Assembly: GCA_002269645.1 (NCBI GenBank)
Contig: NIVC01000590.1
Span: 60,531-124,530 of the forward strand
Length of the DNA stretch: 64,000 bases
Direction: 5' to 3'
From: Macrostomum lignano
Lineage: Eukaryota
Shown: in pieces, positions 1 to 11,146 of the stretch
Layout of the letters: every line of letters begins with the position of its first letter
Numbering within the stretch: the first letter of the stretch is position 1
Translations under genes and position numbers: made by a program
The notes under the pieces: model-generated
Seen by the model: the letters and a program-made list of their open reading frames with translations, nothing else
Told to the model about the DNA's origin: nothing
Database searches by the model: none

Positions 1-137
1 CGCGCCAGTGCTGCTATACAACAGATTCCGAACGGCGCCATTTCGCACCGGGGTGGACTATGCGGACCGCTTCGTGGTCTACTTGACAAACCACGTGGAC
101 GAATTGCGCCCAGAGTTCACAAAGGCGGTCCTGTTTG
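1..137 (+). CDS. Gene 1, 3' end of a type-E domain exon (truncated by window edge)
   Basis: Reads ...LLYNRFRTAPFRTGVDYADRFVVYLTNHVDELRPEFTKAVLF-G, then donor G|GTAAGA at 137/138. Near-identical to the end of exon 51040-51654 (offset 51,517). Confidence 0.85.
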
Positions 138-236
138 GTAAGACATTTTATTTGATCGAAAGAATTTATGGAAAAATTCAATTGGATGCTTAACAATAGG
201 AAATTCAATAACAAAAACTCAAGTAAAAATTTTTAG

Positions 237-848
237 AAAAAGGCAAGCAGCTGCTTTACACAATTGTTCCGAACGTGCACTTGGAGGCTCTAGAGACATT
301 TGAGCATCAACAAAACTACAAAATGCCCGCCAACGGATCTCTGCCTCCGGTCTACAGATCCGATCTCATCGACGAGCTTCCTCGAGCTGTGAGACAGTCG
401 GGAATGACCAAGATGGTCGTCGAGATGCGCAAAGACAATAAAGTCGTCTCTCAAGTGGCATTCGATGTTTCCACCGACACAGAGAAGCTCGACAAAGAGA
501 ACTGGTTCTCGCTGTTAAGACTGTACTCATCTTACCCTTATCCAATTAGTCGGAAAGAGTTCAACTACTTTTCTTTGGATGGGGATACTGGCCAGAAGCG
601 AAGATTCTACATCAGCAACCACTATGGAGGCTGTGACCGAGATTCAGGCTTCATCATGGTGTCTGACTCACGCGGCAGCTGCGACTGGGTAACTCGAGGC
701 TGGCGAGGCTCTCCTCCGAGTCTGGCCTACAACCGAGAGCAGGGTCGATCGTTCCACGACAGCGTTGGGTACGCGGACAGACTAGTAATTTACCTGACAA
801 AAGAGGTACTGGATCCTCGAGCCGAGTTTAAGAAGCCGCTAATCATCG
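237..848 (+). CDS. Gene 1, type-B' domain exon (612 nt, phase 1-1)
   Basis: Acceptor TTTTAG|AA at 236/237, donor G|GTAGGA at 848/849. Open frame with domain motifs YRSDL.D, NWFS, GGC..D.GF, C.W...GW.G, YADR..IYL. Confidence 0.88.
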
Positions 849-1684
849 GTAGGATATACTCGTACCTTTAGGTCAATTTTTGTTCCTTCTTTGTTCTTTG
901 TCCTACGTTTCTACAAAAGTTTTTGCCTTTTAGGACTTGTATTGCTCCAAAATGAAATTCTCTTCAGCAACTGCAGTAAAATGTGCTGGAAACTATATTT
1001 TTTGCAACATAGTCTAGACGATTCTAGCCTTCCAACTACGAGCGTACCCAATTTAACGAATTTTTCCAATCGAAAATTTATCTTGTGAGAGTTTTAAATT
1101 TCCGAAAAACAGCAAACTAAGTAGAAGGAATGTCTTCTGTTAGTACTAAAGAAAATTCAGTCCAGTATTTATTTCTTCGGTTAAAACTTGTAAAAGATAA
1201 TATTGCCATCAGAATTTTCTAAGGGCAACAATGCAGCTCATTGACGATTCGGTTTCGATAGACACTTGTTGGGACTCGAACGCCCAAGCTCCGAAGAAAA
1301 AATGTACAATTCACGTACAATCAGGATTTCTCTATCTAAACATCTGAATATCTGAATCGTACGAGTCAAGAAGCTACGTACATCCAGTGAACCTGAACAA
1401 GAGAAGTGTAGTTATTTGAATTCGCCCGGTCTTCACGCTCTAGGACGGTGAATTTTTATAACTTTGTGCCAAGCAACTACGCTCGTATTACTCATTTTAC
1501 GAATTTCATTTATTACCGATGAAAACAACCGGAAAAATTACAGCGATCGACCTAAAACTTCAATAAACATTTAGTTTACACAATGGGTAAACTCCTCCAG
1601 TTTCTATTGGAAACCGAAAACCATATATTTGCAGTACAGTAAGGATCGTTAAAAAACTAAAGCTTTTCGTTCACCGGGAAAATA

Positions 1685-2072
1685 CACTACGGAGATAGGA
1701 AATTTCACGATTTTCAACACTAAAACAGTGATTGGGTCTCTTAAAAGTGTCAGAGAAAGTTATAATTACACTATTTCGTGTTTCACATGCTGCTCTAACG
1801 ACGCATTAATCGAATTTTTATGTTAAATTGGTCTGTGACTTGAAAAAACGTTTAAAATAATGACAAGAAATAATAACAATTTCCTATCTCCGTGGTGCAT
1901 TTTTCCGGTAAAACCTGCCTTTAAAACTATTTCGGAACGAAAAGCTTTATGCATATCGATAGAGCAATAAGAAAGGCACAACATATCAAAAGATGAACAC
2001 TGGATCTGCCTAGTATTAAAAGGAAAAGCAATTTTGGTGCTGAAAAAATTGAAAACTCCCATCTCTGTAGTG
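1685..2072. mobile_element. MITE with CACTAC...GTAGTG termini (CACTA/EnSpm-like)
   Basis: Imperfect inverted repeats CACTACGGAGATAGGA (1685) and TCCCATCTCTGTAGTG (ending 2072), both flanked by TA. No coding capacity. Confidence 0.55.
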
Positions 2073-2293
2073 TATTTTTCGGCGAAAAGTTGCCTTAAAA
2101 AAAACCATAGATTTCGAGTGTAGCGTCCTATATATATGTTACTTGAGTAGGCTTTGATATTGTCTTGAGCAAGAGATAAATCTACAGTAACCTTAAATCT
2201 ATATCATCTCAGTACGGGCAAATAAATAATCTGCATCGGGTTCCACATCCTGAAATTGCACCTCGGTAATAAAAGAGTATCTTTTGATTGCAG

Positions 2294-2906
2294 ATGGCAG
2301 CAAGCAGGTGCTGTTCACGATCAAATCCAACATCAACACCGAGGCCAAGCACGCATACTCTGTCCAGCAGAACTACAAGGCTCCGACTGACGGGTCTCTG
2401 CCTCCTGTCTACAGATCTGACCTGCTCGATCAACTCGCCCTCATTGTGAAGCAATCAGGAAAGAAAAGATTGTCGCTGAGATGGAAAAAGATGATCACGT
2501 GGTTGCTCGAATGGTGTTTGACTTGTCAGAGAAGACCGACGAGATCACACTGATGAACTGGTTCTCGCGCTCTCGACTCGTCTCGTCCTATCCATTCAAG
2601 ATCGATCCGAACAAAGCACGAACTACTTTAGTATTGACGGAGACGCTGGTCAAAACAGACGCTTTTTCGTTTCGTACTCTGGTGGTGGATGTGACAATGA
2701 TCGAGGCTTCTGGGTGGTGTCCGACAAACGCGATCCGTGCACTTGGGGCAACGAAGGCTGGAAGGGCTCGGCTCCAGTGCTGGTGTACAACAGATACCGA
2801 ACTGCCACCTTTAGAAGCGGAGTGGACTATGCTGATCGGTTCACGATCTACCTGACGGACTCGGTGACGGAACTGCGAGAGGAGTTCATTCGGAAGGTCA
2901 TGTTTG
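2294..2906 (+). CDS. Gene 1, type-A domain exon with two 1-nt deletions (613 nt versus 615; pseudo-exon or assembly error)
   Basis: Acceptor TTGCAG|AT, donor G|GTAAGA. Nearly identical to 5165-5779 and 9150-9764, but the A-run at 2464-2467 has 4 A instead of 5 and the run at 2610-2611 has 2 A instead of 3. Confidence 0.75.
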
Positions 2907-3267
2907 GTAAGAAATGTCAAATTAACACTTTTTTCATGGAAATTTCGTCGCTTTTTGCGCTTTTCTTGATAAGAAGAGTGAAAGCTATTTCATTATTACA
3001 CAAAAGTAAAAATAGAGAATATCTCTTTTAGAATCCAAACAAAATTTCAAGGCGTTTACAAAGTAGATATTCACATGGAAAATTGAGGTCAGACCGTATC
3101 AGTCATGCGCATTAAATGCGTTAACGTAGAATTTATATCACAATTGTAACTGAAAATTGCGGTTAAATATGCAATGATAAGGGTGGTTAGGAGGCAGAAG
3201 CAAAAATCGAATTACAACGTCGGGCAAGATCTTTGTAATGATTATTTGTCATGTTCTTCTGTTGCAG

Positions 3268-3882
3268 AAAAAGACAAGCAGCTGTTGTTCACCATCATCC
3301 CGAACGTGCACTTGGAGGCTCTGGAGACATTCGAGCATCAACAAAACTACAAAATGCCTGCCAACGGATCTCTGCCTCCGGTCTACAGATCCGATCTCAT
3401 CGACGAGCTTCCTCGAGCTGTGAGGCAGTCGGGAATGACCAAGATGGTCGTCGAGATGCGCAAAGACGACAATCAAGTCGTCTCCCAAGTGGTGTTCGAT
3501 GTTTCCACCGACACAGAGAAGCTCGACAAAGAGAACTGGTTCTCGGAGCTGAGACTTGAGTCGTCTTATCCGTACTCGGTCGATCGGAAAGAGTTTAACT
3601 ACTTTTCTCTGGAAGGCGAGAGAAGCTCGAAGCGACGCTTCTACATCAATAACTGGCACCACGGATGCCACCGAGAGACGGGCTTCATTCTTGTGTCGGA
3701 CGCGCGCGGTCACTGCGACTACGTGACTCGAGGCTGGAGGGGATCTGCTCCGACCTTGATTTACAGTCGACTACCTGGAAAGCCGTTCGAAGAGAGCGCA
3801 GGATACGCTGACAGGCTACTGATTTACCTTGCGAAGGAAGTTCCGGACCTCAGGGCCGAGTTCAAGAAGCCACTCATGATCG
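3268..3882 (+). CDS. Gene 1, type-C domain exon (615 nt, phase 1-1)
   Basis: Acceptor GTTGCAG|AA, donor G|GTAAGC. Open frame EKDKQLLFTIIPNVH...EFKKPLMI. Confidence 0.88.
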
Positions 3883-4449
3883 GTAAGCTAATAGTTGAAG
3901 CATGTATACACCAATAGGTCAGAAGAATCTCTTTATTTATTTTACTAAGTCAGTGTTAACTCAATAGAATTTTTTTAATTTGATTATGAGTGAAACGTAG
4001 CCCAAGTTCGAGGTTAGTGAAGTTTAGCTTTTTTGCCATTAGGTTTTTTATATCTTGGAACTTACTTGTACTTGAAGGGAAATGACAGATTTTACTATTT
4101 ATCAACTTCTATTATTGATAACTTTTTTAAATGATACATCGGTTGCCTTAGGAGTATTTAACAGTGAGGTGGAAACGCACTCCTTCACCAAAAATATTGA
4201 ATATAATATTTCTGATTCATCTTAAAAACATCTGCGGGGCAGGGAGACACTTTTGAAGGGTTCTGATGCTTTGCTTTAAATGGCTCAGAAATGGCAAAAC
4301 TTATCGTTTGATGTCCCTTATCCAACCTTCTGATATCAAGGAACTATTGATCCCTCCAGCTAATGCCGGCAACCCAGTAACTTCGATAGTCCAATTAAAC
4401 AAAGATTCTCTTCTCAGTGTTTTCGGAATTTATATTGTCTTCCGTAGTA

Positions 4450-4791
4450 CTAGTATGACTCCTCTGAACTTCTGAGGCGCTGAATTAGCTTTTGGGGCCC
4501 GCGGATGACGCCTTATAAATTTTTAGCAGAGTGCAAAGCCGGTTTGTACTTGTAAATACTGGTACCTTGTGTCGATAGCAGAGAACCAGTAATATTCGGG
4601 TGTTAGTTGTAACAAATATATCGCAAGCGAATAATTAGAATAGGTCTTGTCCCGAACAATTTAATAGTAAGTTTGCAAGTATTGACAGGGTCTTCCGGCT
4701 ATAAAGCACGGGACTATGTACTCCAAGAAAGAATGAGGACAAAATCAAAACAACAATAAGCCACCTAGCCAAGTAATACGCTCGTATATGA
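4450..4791 (-). mobile_element. Small non-autonomous Helitron (342 bp)
   Basis: Minus strand reads A|TCATATACG... at the 5' end, a hairpin (4461-4477), then CTAG|T at 4450. A^T target with no TSD. Confidence 0.55.
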
Positions 4792-5164
4792 TTTGACAGC
4801 CTGTATGCAATGGGCAGGTATTAATTATCACTGGCAGACCTATTCTTTCCGAATTTACATTTAAACTACGCCAGTCTCAAAAGAGTTTGCAATAACTAAG
4901 TAAACAGCAAAGGCTGCAGCTTCTTAGATTCATGGAATAAACTGGTGATAAAAAACTATCAAAAATTAAACAGAGAACGCCTAATCAGTTACTTTACAAA
5001 TACTGAATAAACTTCCTCTGGAGTTACTTCTTAATGACACCTAAGGAGAGAACCTAGGAGAGTCACACAAATCACTAATTTCGAAACATCTCAATTTGGA
5101 GTTTCAGAAAATATTAAATCTAACCATTATTGATGCCGAACGTTTAAAAATCTACTAATTGCAG

Positions 5165-5779
5165 ATGGCAGCAAGCAGGTGCTGTTCACGATCAAATCCA
5201 ACATCAACACCGAGGCCAAGCACGCATACTCTGTCCAGCAGAACTACAAGGCTCCGACTGACGGGTCTCTGCCTCCTGTCTACAGATCTGACCTGCTCGA
5301 TCAACTCGCCCTCATTGTGAAGCAATCAGGAAAGAAAAAGATTGTCGCTGAGATGGAAAAAGATGATCACGTGGTTGCTCGAATGGTTTTTGACTTGTCA
5401 GAGAAGACCGACGAGATCACACTGATGAACTGGTTCTCGCGCTCTCGACTCGTCTCGTCCTATCCGTTCAAGATCGATCCGAAGCAAAGCACGAACTACT
5501 TTAGTATTGACGGAGACGCTGGTCAAAACAGACGCTTTTTTGTTTCGTACTCTGGTGGTGGATGTGACAATGATCGAGGCTTCTGGATGGTGTCCGACAA
5601 ACGCGATCCGTGCACTTGGGGCAACGAAGGCTGGAAGGGCTCGGCTCCAGTGCTGGTGTACAACAGATACCGAACTGCCACCTTTAGAAGCGGAGTGGAC
5701 TATGCTGATCGGTTCACGATCTACCTGACGGACTTGGTGACGGAACTGCGAGAGGAGTTCAATCGGAAGGTCATGTTTG
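5165..5779 (+). CDS. Gene 1, type-A domain exon (615 nt, phase 1-1)
   Basis: Acceptor AATTGCAG|AT, donor G|GTAAGT. Open frame DGSKQVLFTIKSNINTEAKH...EFNRKVMF. Confidence 0.88.
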
Positions 5780-5799
5780 GTAAGTGTGTTATTGAAAGC

Positions 5800-6560
5800 A
5801 AAGTTATTTGTTTTTTTTGTTGATTGCTTGTTTTTGTTGTTCGATAAGGTTTTGAAGTTCGGCAATCTTGAGGGTAACATGGGCGTTTCCTTGGAGAAAC
5901 AGAACTGATTCCTTGCGCTTAATGGTGCGGCAGCAGGCGGGGCGGTCGGCGTGCTCCAGGGTCACCTCCGGGTGGCACGAGGTGATGCAATGTGGGCTGT
6001 TTAAGGCGGTCTGCGTTGCAATGGTTCTGTTAAGGTCGGGGCACACTTTGTGGCAATCGGCGGATGACGGCGCGGAATTTGTGGGTTCAGCCCCCGCAAC
6101 AGGCCGGGTTCAGATCCTGGGTTGCAGAAGTTTTAGTTCAGGGCGCACCAGCGCAACGGCTGGCTATCGAACTGACCGTGTCCGGTGTCGCCGGACATCG
6201 CTCAAACAAATCCACCCCTTGTACCTGGTGATTCCTCTGCAGGCTGTCGTGCGATTACAAAACGAGTTGCAGTTTTGATCGGCGTATTTGAGCGGGATGG
6301 TCCCGGTGTGAATTCTGGCGTCGCAGGAGAGGCACAGGGCCTGGACCGATTGCAAAGCGGAGGCGGGGGTGCTGAGTCTCGTTGTGTCGGTCATCACGAT
6401 CAAAATTGTGATCTGCGCTTTACGTTTGTATCTGATCCCGTTGATAGCGTCGGACTCCGCTGCATTCAATTTTCACATCTCACAATTCCGCTGCATTGTA
6501 ACAAGTACTTCGCAAAGTGTGCTTTGGCGCTGTAGGAATAGGAGATCTCTTCTGAGATCT
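5800..6560 (-). mobile_element. Degenerate non-LTR retrotransposon 5' fragment (PHD finger plus start of AP endonuclease), antisense in intron
   Basis: Minus-strand remnants CLSCDARIH...CNSFCNRTTACRGITRYKGWIC (PHD-like) and SVLFLQGNAHVTLKIAELQNLIEQQK (APE N-terminus, compare FLQWNAG in the paralog at 58640-59070). Many stops and frameshifts. Confidence 0.6.
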
Positions 6561-7630
6561 CTTCTGAGCGGTTGCAGTCATTGTTGTTAAACGGGGGGGG
6601 GGAAAGAGCTAGCTTCCCGCGGATCAGCCCTGAAGGGGGGGCTCTGCCGCTGAGTGGCACTTCCAGGGGCCTAAGCCCGAGATACCTTCCTGATTGGGCC
6701 CCGACGTCTAGGCCAGGGGGAATTTTGGGGCTACTAACCCAAACATGGTACAAGACACCGCCAACCCAAAAAGTGGAATCAGGGACGGTGCTAGGACCGA
6801 GTTTACCCAGGCTACCCCCCAGCAGACAAGTCCTCGGGAGTGCGCGAAAAACAGAAGCAGTTGCAGTCGTTGGGGCTTGGATTGCAAGCAGAGGCAAAAG
6901 AAGAAGCGTCAAAACTTGGGGCGTCGGACGAGCTGGAGCTCAGGGAAATAACCATGTAGTGTGTGCGCACCAGGAGAGGTGGTTGCCTGGTAGCAGGCAT
7001 CGTAGTACGGCAGGCCCCCGACCATCCGAGTCGCCTCGGAGAGGTGATGCCTATGACCACAGCTACATCGTTGTTAATACCGTGGCTGTCCATACCTGTT
7101 GATACGATGGGCCGCTGCTGCTGCTGCTGCTGCTGTGTGAGTGTCGTCGGGAACGATTTCCCCCCTGTCAGAGCAACTCTAGGCCACGGACTACTTAAGT
7201 ATACGCTAAGGGAAATTCAGCCTCCAAAAACATTTACACGAATCCTGCGTGTCGCGTCCTTTATAAACGACAATTAAATTGTCCCTGCTCTGGGCGGGCT
7301 GACCGAAGGAAACTTAACACTACGTCCTCATCACTCAAGCTGCTCTTGCTGCTGTCATTGTTGTTGTTATTGACCACCCACTGGGTCTCCTGGTTGTTTG
7401 ACCTTCCAATGCTAACTGGCTGCTTTGTGTGAGTTGTATCGGATTTTACCGTATTTAACTAATTTTCTACTATACTCGTATGTATAAGTTTGTGAGACGT
7501 TACGAATAAAATGATCCGTGCATTTAAAACCATTAAATACTCGAATAAGACTAATTAAGGTCGACAAAACTTATTCACCAGAAATAAGCACTGTAAAAAA
7601 TATTCCAACCTGCATCACTTTCCAATTTAG

Positions 7631-8245
7631 AAAACGACAAACAGCTGTTGTTCACCATCATCCCGAACGTGCACTTGGAGGCTCTGGAGACATTTGAGCA
7701 TCAACAAAACTACAAAATGCCTGCCGATGGATCTCTGCCTCCGGTCTACAGATCCGATCTCATCGACGAGCTTCCTCGAGCTGTGAGGCAGTCGGGAATG
7801 ACCAAGATGGTCGTCGAGATGCGCAAAGACGACAATCAAGTCGTCTCCCAAGTGGTGTTCGATGTTTCCACCGACACAGAGAAGCTCGACAAAGAGAACT
7901 GGTTCTCGGAGCTGAGACTTGAGTCGTCTTATCCGTACTCGGTCGATCGGAAAGAGTTTAACTACTTTTCTCTGGAAGGCGAGAGAAGCTCGAAGCGACG
8001 CTTCTACATCAACAACTGGCACCACGGATGCCACCGAGAGACGGGCTTCATTGTTGTGTCGGACGCGCGGGGTCACTGCGACTACGTGACTCGAGGCTGG
8101 AGGGGATCTGCTCCGACCTTGATTTACAGTCGACTACCTGGAAAGCCGTTCGAAGAGAGTGCAGGATACGCTGACAGGCTACTGATTTACCTTGCAAAGG
8201 AAGTTCCGGACCTCAGGGCCGAGTTCAAGAAGCCACTCATTATCG
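7631..8245 (+). CDS. Gene 1, type-C domain exon (615 nt, phase 1-1)
   Basis: Acceptor AATTTAG|AA, donor G|GTACGT. Near-identical to 3268-3882. Confidence 0.88.
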
Positions 8246-8491
8246 GTACGTTATACTGTTAAGTTTATTGGTTGGGATCACAGGATTTACGAGTACTGCG
8301 TTTTATCTGTTGGCTGATTTCTTCACAGATTGGTATATAAAAGCTTTAAAAATCTCAAAGAGTTTGCTGAAGAAACAAAATTACGATTACTTGTTTACTG
8401 TTGGAATTTTTTTATAGCTTTTTGCAGCCCCATGTGAGCTGACACGGATAAGATTTAATCCAAGGAGTTCTATAGAACTCCATGACATATT

Positions 8492-8685
8492 GGGCCGTAT
8501 GCAGAAAGCTCTGTCTAGGGTAGTCCGGTCTTGAAAAGCTAGTCTGGACTTGGATTTGGTATGCAGAAACACAAAGTTAGACCAGTCTACTATAGACAGA
8601 ACTAGGGTAGCCGGACCATAGAATATAGACTGAACTACCCAAGTCCGAACTAGCTAGTCTGGACTAAGCTTTCTGCATACGGGCC
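8492..8685. mobile_element. MITE, PIF/Harbinger-like (194 bp)
   Basis: TIRs GGGCCGTATGCAGAAAGCT and AGCTTTCTGCATACGGGCC, with a 3-bp ATT duplication on both sides. Confidence 0.7.
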
Positions 8686-9149
8686 ATTCTGTCAGGCAGC
8701 CTTGCTACCACAGACAAAAGCTGCATTATTTTGGACAACATACGAGCATATCTTGGATTACAGTGCGTTTAGGCCCAAATTGGCTGAAAAAAGCTAACAT
8801 TTTATGAAAAAGTGCCATTATATTAATGTTTAAAAAAGTCAATTTAAAACCCTGGGTTAACCATGACTTTATTCATAGAGACAAGGCCATGTGTTCGCGG
8901 ATCGATACCGACGAAAAGCTCAAGAACAAAGAATGCAGGGAGTTGGTATACCTCGCTAGGGCTGAGCGTACACGGTCACTAACTGACAAAGAGAGATAGG
9001 TTGATGCAAAACTGTACACGCTGAGTAAGTCCACTGGCTAGTTTAAAAGGCACCAGCCTACAAGGACAAGACAGCTACCTATATATGCAATAGTACCTCG
9101 TAGAATGCCCTAGAAAAAATTAATTTTTTATTCAACTCTATTGACGCAG

Positions 9150-9764
9150 ATGGCAGCAAGCAGGTGCTGTTCACGATCAAATCCAACATCAACACCGAGG
9201 CCAAGCACGCATACTCTGTCCAGCAGAACTACAAGGCTCCGACTGACGGGTCTCTGCCTCCTGTCTACAGATCTGACCTGCTCGATCAACTCGCCCTCAT
9301 TGTGAAGCAATCAGGAAAGAAAAAGATTGTCGCTGAGATGGAAAAAGATGATCACGTGGTTGCTCGAATGGTGTTTGACTTGTCAGAGAAGACCGACGAG
9401 ATCACACTGATGAACTGGTTCTCGCGCTCTCGACTCGTCTCGTCCTATCCATTCAAGATCGATCCGAAACAAAGCATGAACTACTTTAGTATTGACGGAG
9501 ACGCTGGTCAAAACAGACGCTTTTTCGTTTCGTACTCTGGTGGTGGATGTGACAATGATCGAGGCTTCTGGGTGGTGTCCGACAAACGCGATCCGTGCAC
9601 TTGGGGCAACGAAGGCTGGAAGGGCTCGGCTCCAGTGCTGGTGTACAACAGATACCGAACTGCCACCTTTAGAAGCGGAGTGGACTATGCTGATCGGTTC
9701 ACGATCTACCTGACGGACTCAGTGACGGAACTGCGAGAGGAGTTCAAACGGAAGGTCATGTTTG
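9150..9764 (+). CDS. Gene 1, type-A domain exon (615 nt, phase 1-1)
   Basis: Acceptor GACGCAG|AT, donor G|GTAAGT. Open frame. Confidence 0.88.
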
Positions 9765-9845
9765 GTAAGTTTGAAGTCAGAGTCTTCATATTATTATCTC
9801 ATCTGATTATCAAATGAAAGCTGTTTACCATTTTAAACGTCTTAG

Positions 9846-10451
9846 AAAAGAGCAAGCAGCTGCTTTACACCATTATTCCGAACGTGCACTTGGAGGCTCT
9901 GACAACATTCGAGCATCAACAAAACTACAAAATGCCTGCCGATGGGTCTCTGCCTCCGGTCTACAGATCCGATCTCATCGACGAGCTTCCTCGAGCTGTG
10001 AGACAGTCGGGAATGACCAAGATGGTCGTCGAGATGCGCAAAGACAATAAAGTCGTCTCTCAAGTGGCATTCGATGTTTCCACCGACACTGACAAGCTCG
10101 ACAAAGAGAACTGGTTCTCGCTGTTAAGACTGTACTCATCTTACCCTTATCCAATTAGTCGGAAAGAGTTCAACTACTTTTCTTTGGAAGGGGATGCTAG
10201 CCGAAAATTCTACATCAGCAACCACTATGGAGGTTGCACCAGAGATTCAGGCTTCATCATGGTGTCTGACTCACGCGGCAGCTGCGACTGGGTAACTCGA
10301 GGCTGGCGAGGCTCTCCTCCGAGTCTGGCCTACAACCGAGAGCAGGGTCGATCGTTCCACGAAAGCGTTGGGTACGCGGACAGATTGATCATTTATCTGT
10401 CAAACGAGTTCCTTGACCCACGTGCCGAATACAAAAGATTTATTATTTTCG
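9846..10451 (+). CDS. Gene 1, type-B domain exon (606 nt, phase 1-1)
   Basis: Follows an 81-nt intron. Acceptor CTTAG|AA, donor G|GTGAGT. Open frame EKSKQLLYTII...EYKRFIIF. Confidence 0.88.
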
Positions 10452-10580
10452 GTGAGTCGTATTTGCTTTATATTAAACGGGTTTGCCGGATCCTTTAAAG
10501 CTACTACTGACATAGTTTATTATTAAAGCTAATGAAAGTTTTATTTCATGTAGCACTCTTTAACTTCCCTCTATTTACAG

Positions 10581-11146
10581 AAGAATACAAGCAGCTTCTG
10601 TTCACAATCAAGGCAAATGTCGGCCGAGAGGCGCTTAACGTGTTTTCGCATAGGCAGGACTTCAAAATGCCGACAGACGGTTCGCTGCCACCAGTGTACC
10701 GCTCCGATCTCTTGGACCAGCTGGCCTTGACTGTGAAGCAGTCGGGCAAGTCAAGGATGGTTGTTGAGATGCGCGAAGGCAAGAGCGTTGTGTCGCAGGT
10801 GATTTTCAACGTTGCCAAGGATACGGACAAGTTGACTCGCGAAAACTGGTTCTCGAAGGAGCGGATCGAGTCGTCGTACCCATTTTGGATCGGCCGGACT
10901 GAATTCAGCCAGTTTTCGCTGAATGACGACTCATCCAGAAAGCGGCATTTCTCAATCAGCAGTACGGGCGGGGGCTGTGACACCGAGCGCAGCTTCTTTG
11001 TCGTTTCGGACAAGGAAGACTCCTGTCCCTGGATTAGTGAGGGCTTCAAGGGATCTCTGCCAGTTCTGGTTTACAACTACATCCAGGATGCTCCTAGCAG
11101 AGTGGGCAGCGGCTACGCTGATCGGCTGGTAATCTACCTTATGTAG
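10581..11146 (+). CDS. Gene 1, terminal coding exon (type T), ends exactly at the domain end
   Basis: Acceptor TTTACAG|AA. Frame EEYKQLLFTIKANVG...GYADRLVIYLM with stop TAG at 11144-11146; it lacks the inter-domain linker found in internal exons. Confidence 0.88.

Noticed and set aside
237-871. Treating each ~200-aa ORF as a separate intronless gene
   Set aside because: Listed starts are mostly GTG/TTG/CTG or internal, homology extends upstream to AG acceptors, and it ends at G|GT donors before the ORF stops.
3249-3713. Antisense ORFs overlapping the domain exons (also 5398, 7627, 10546, 49500, 53576)
   Set aside because: Shadows of the sense-strand codon pattern; they recur only because the exons are duplicated.
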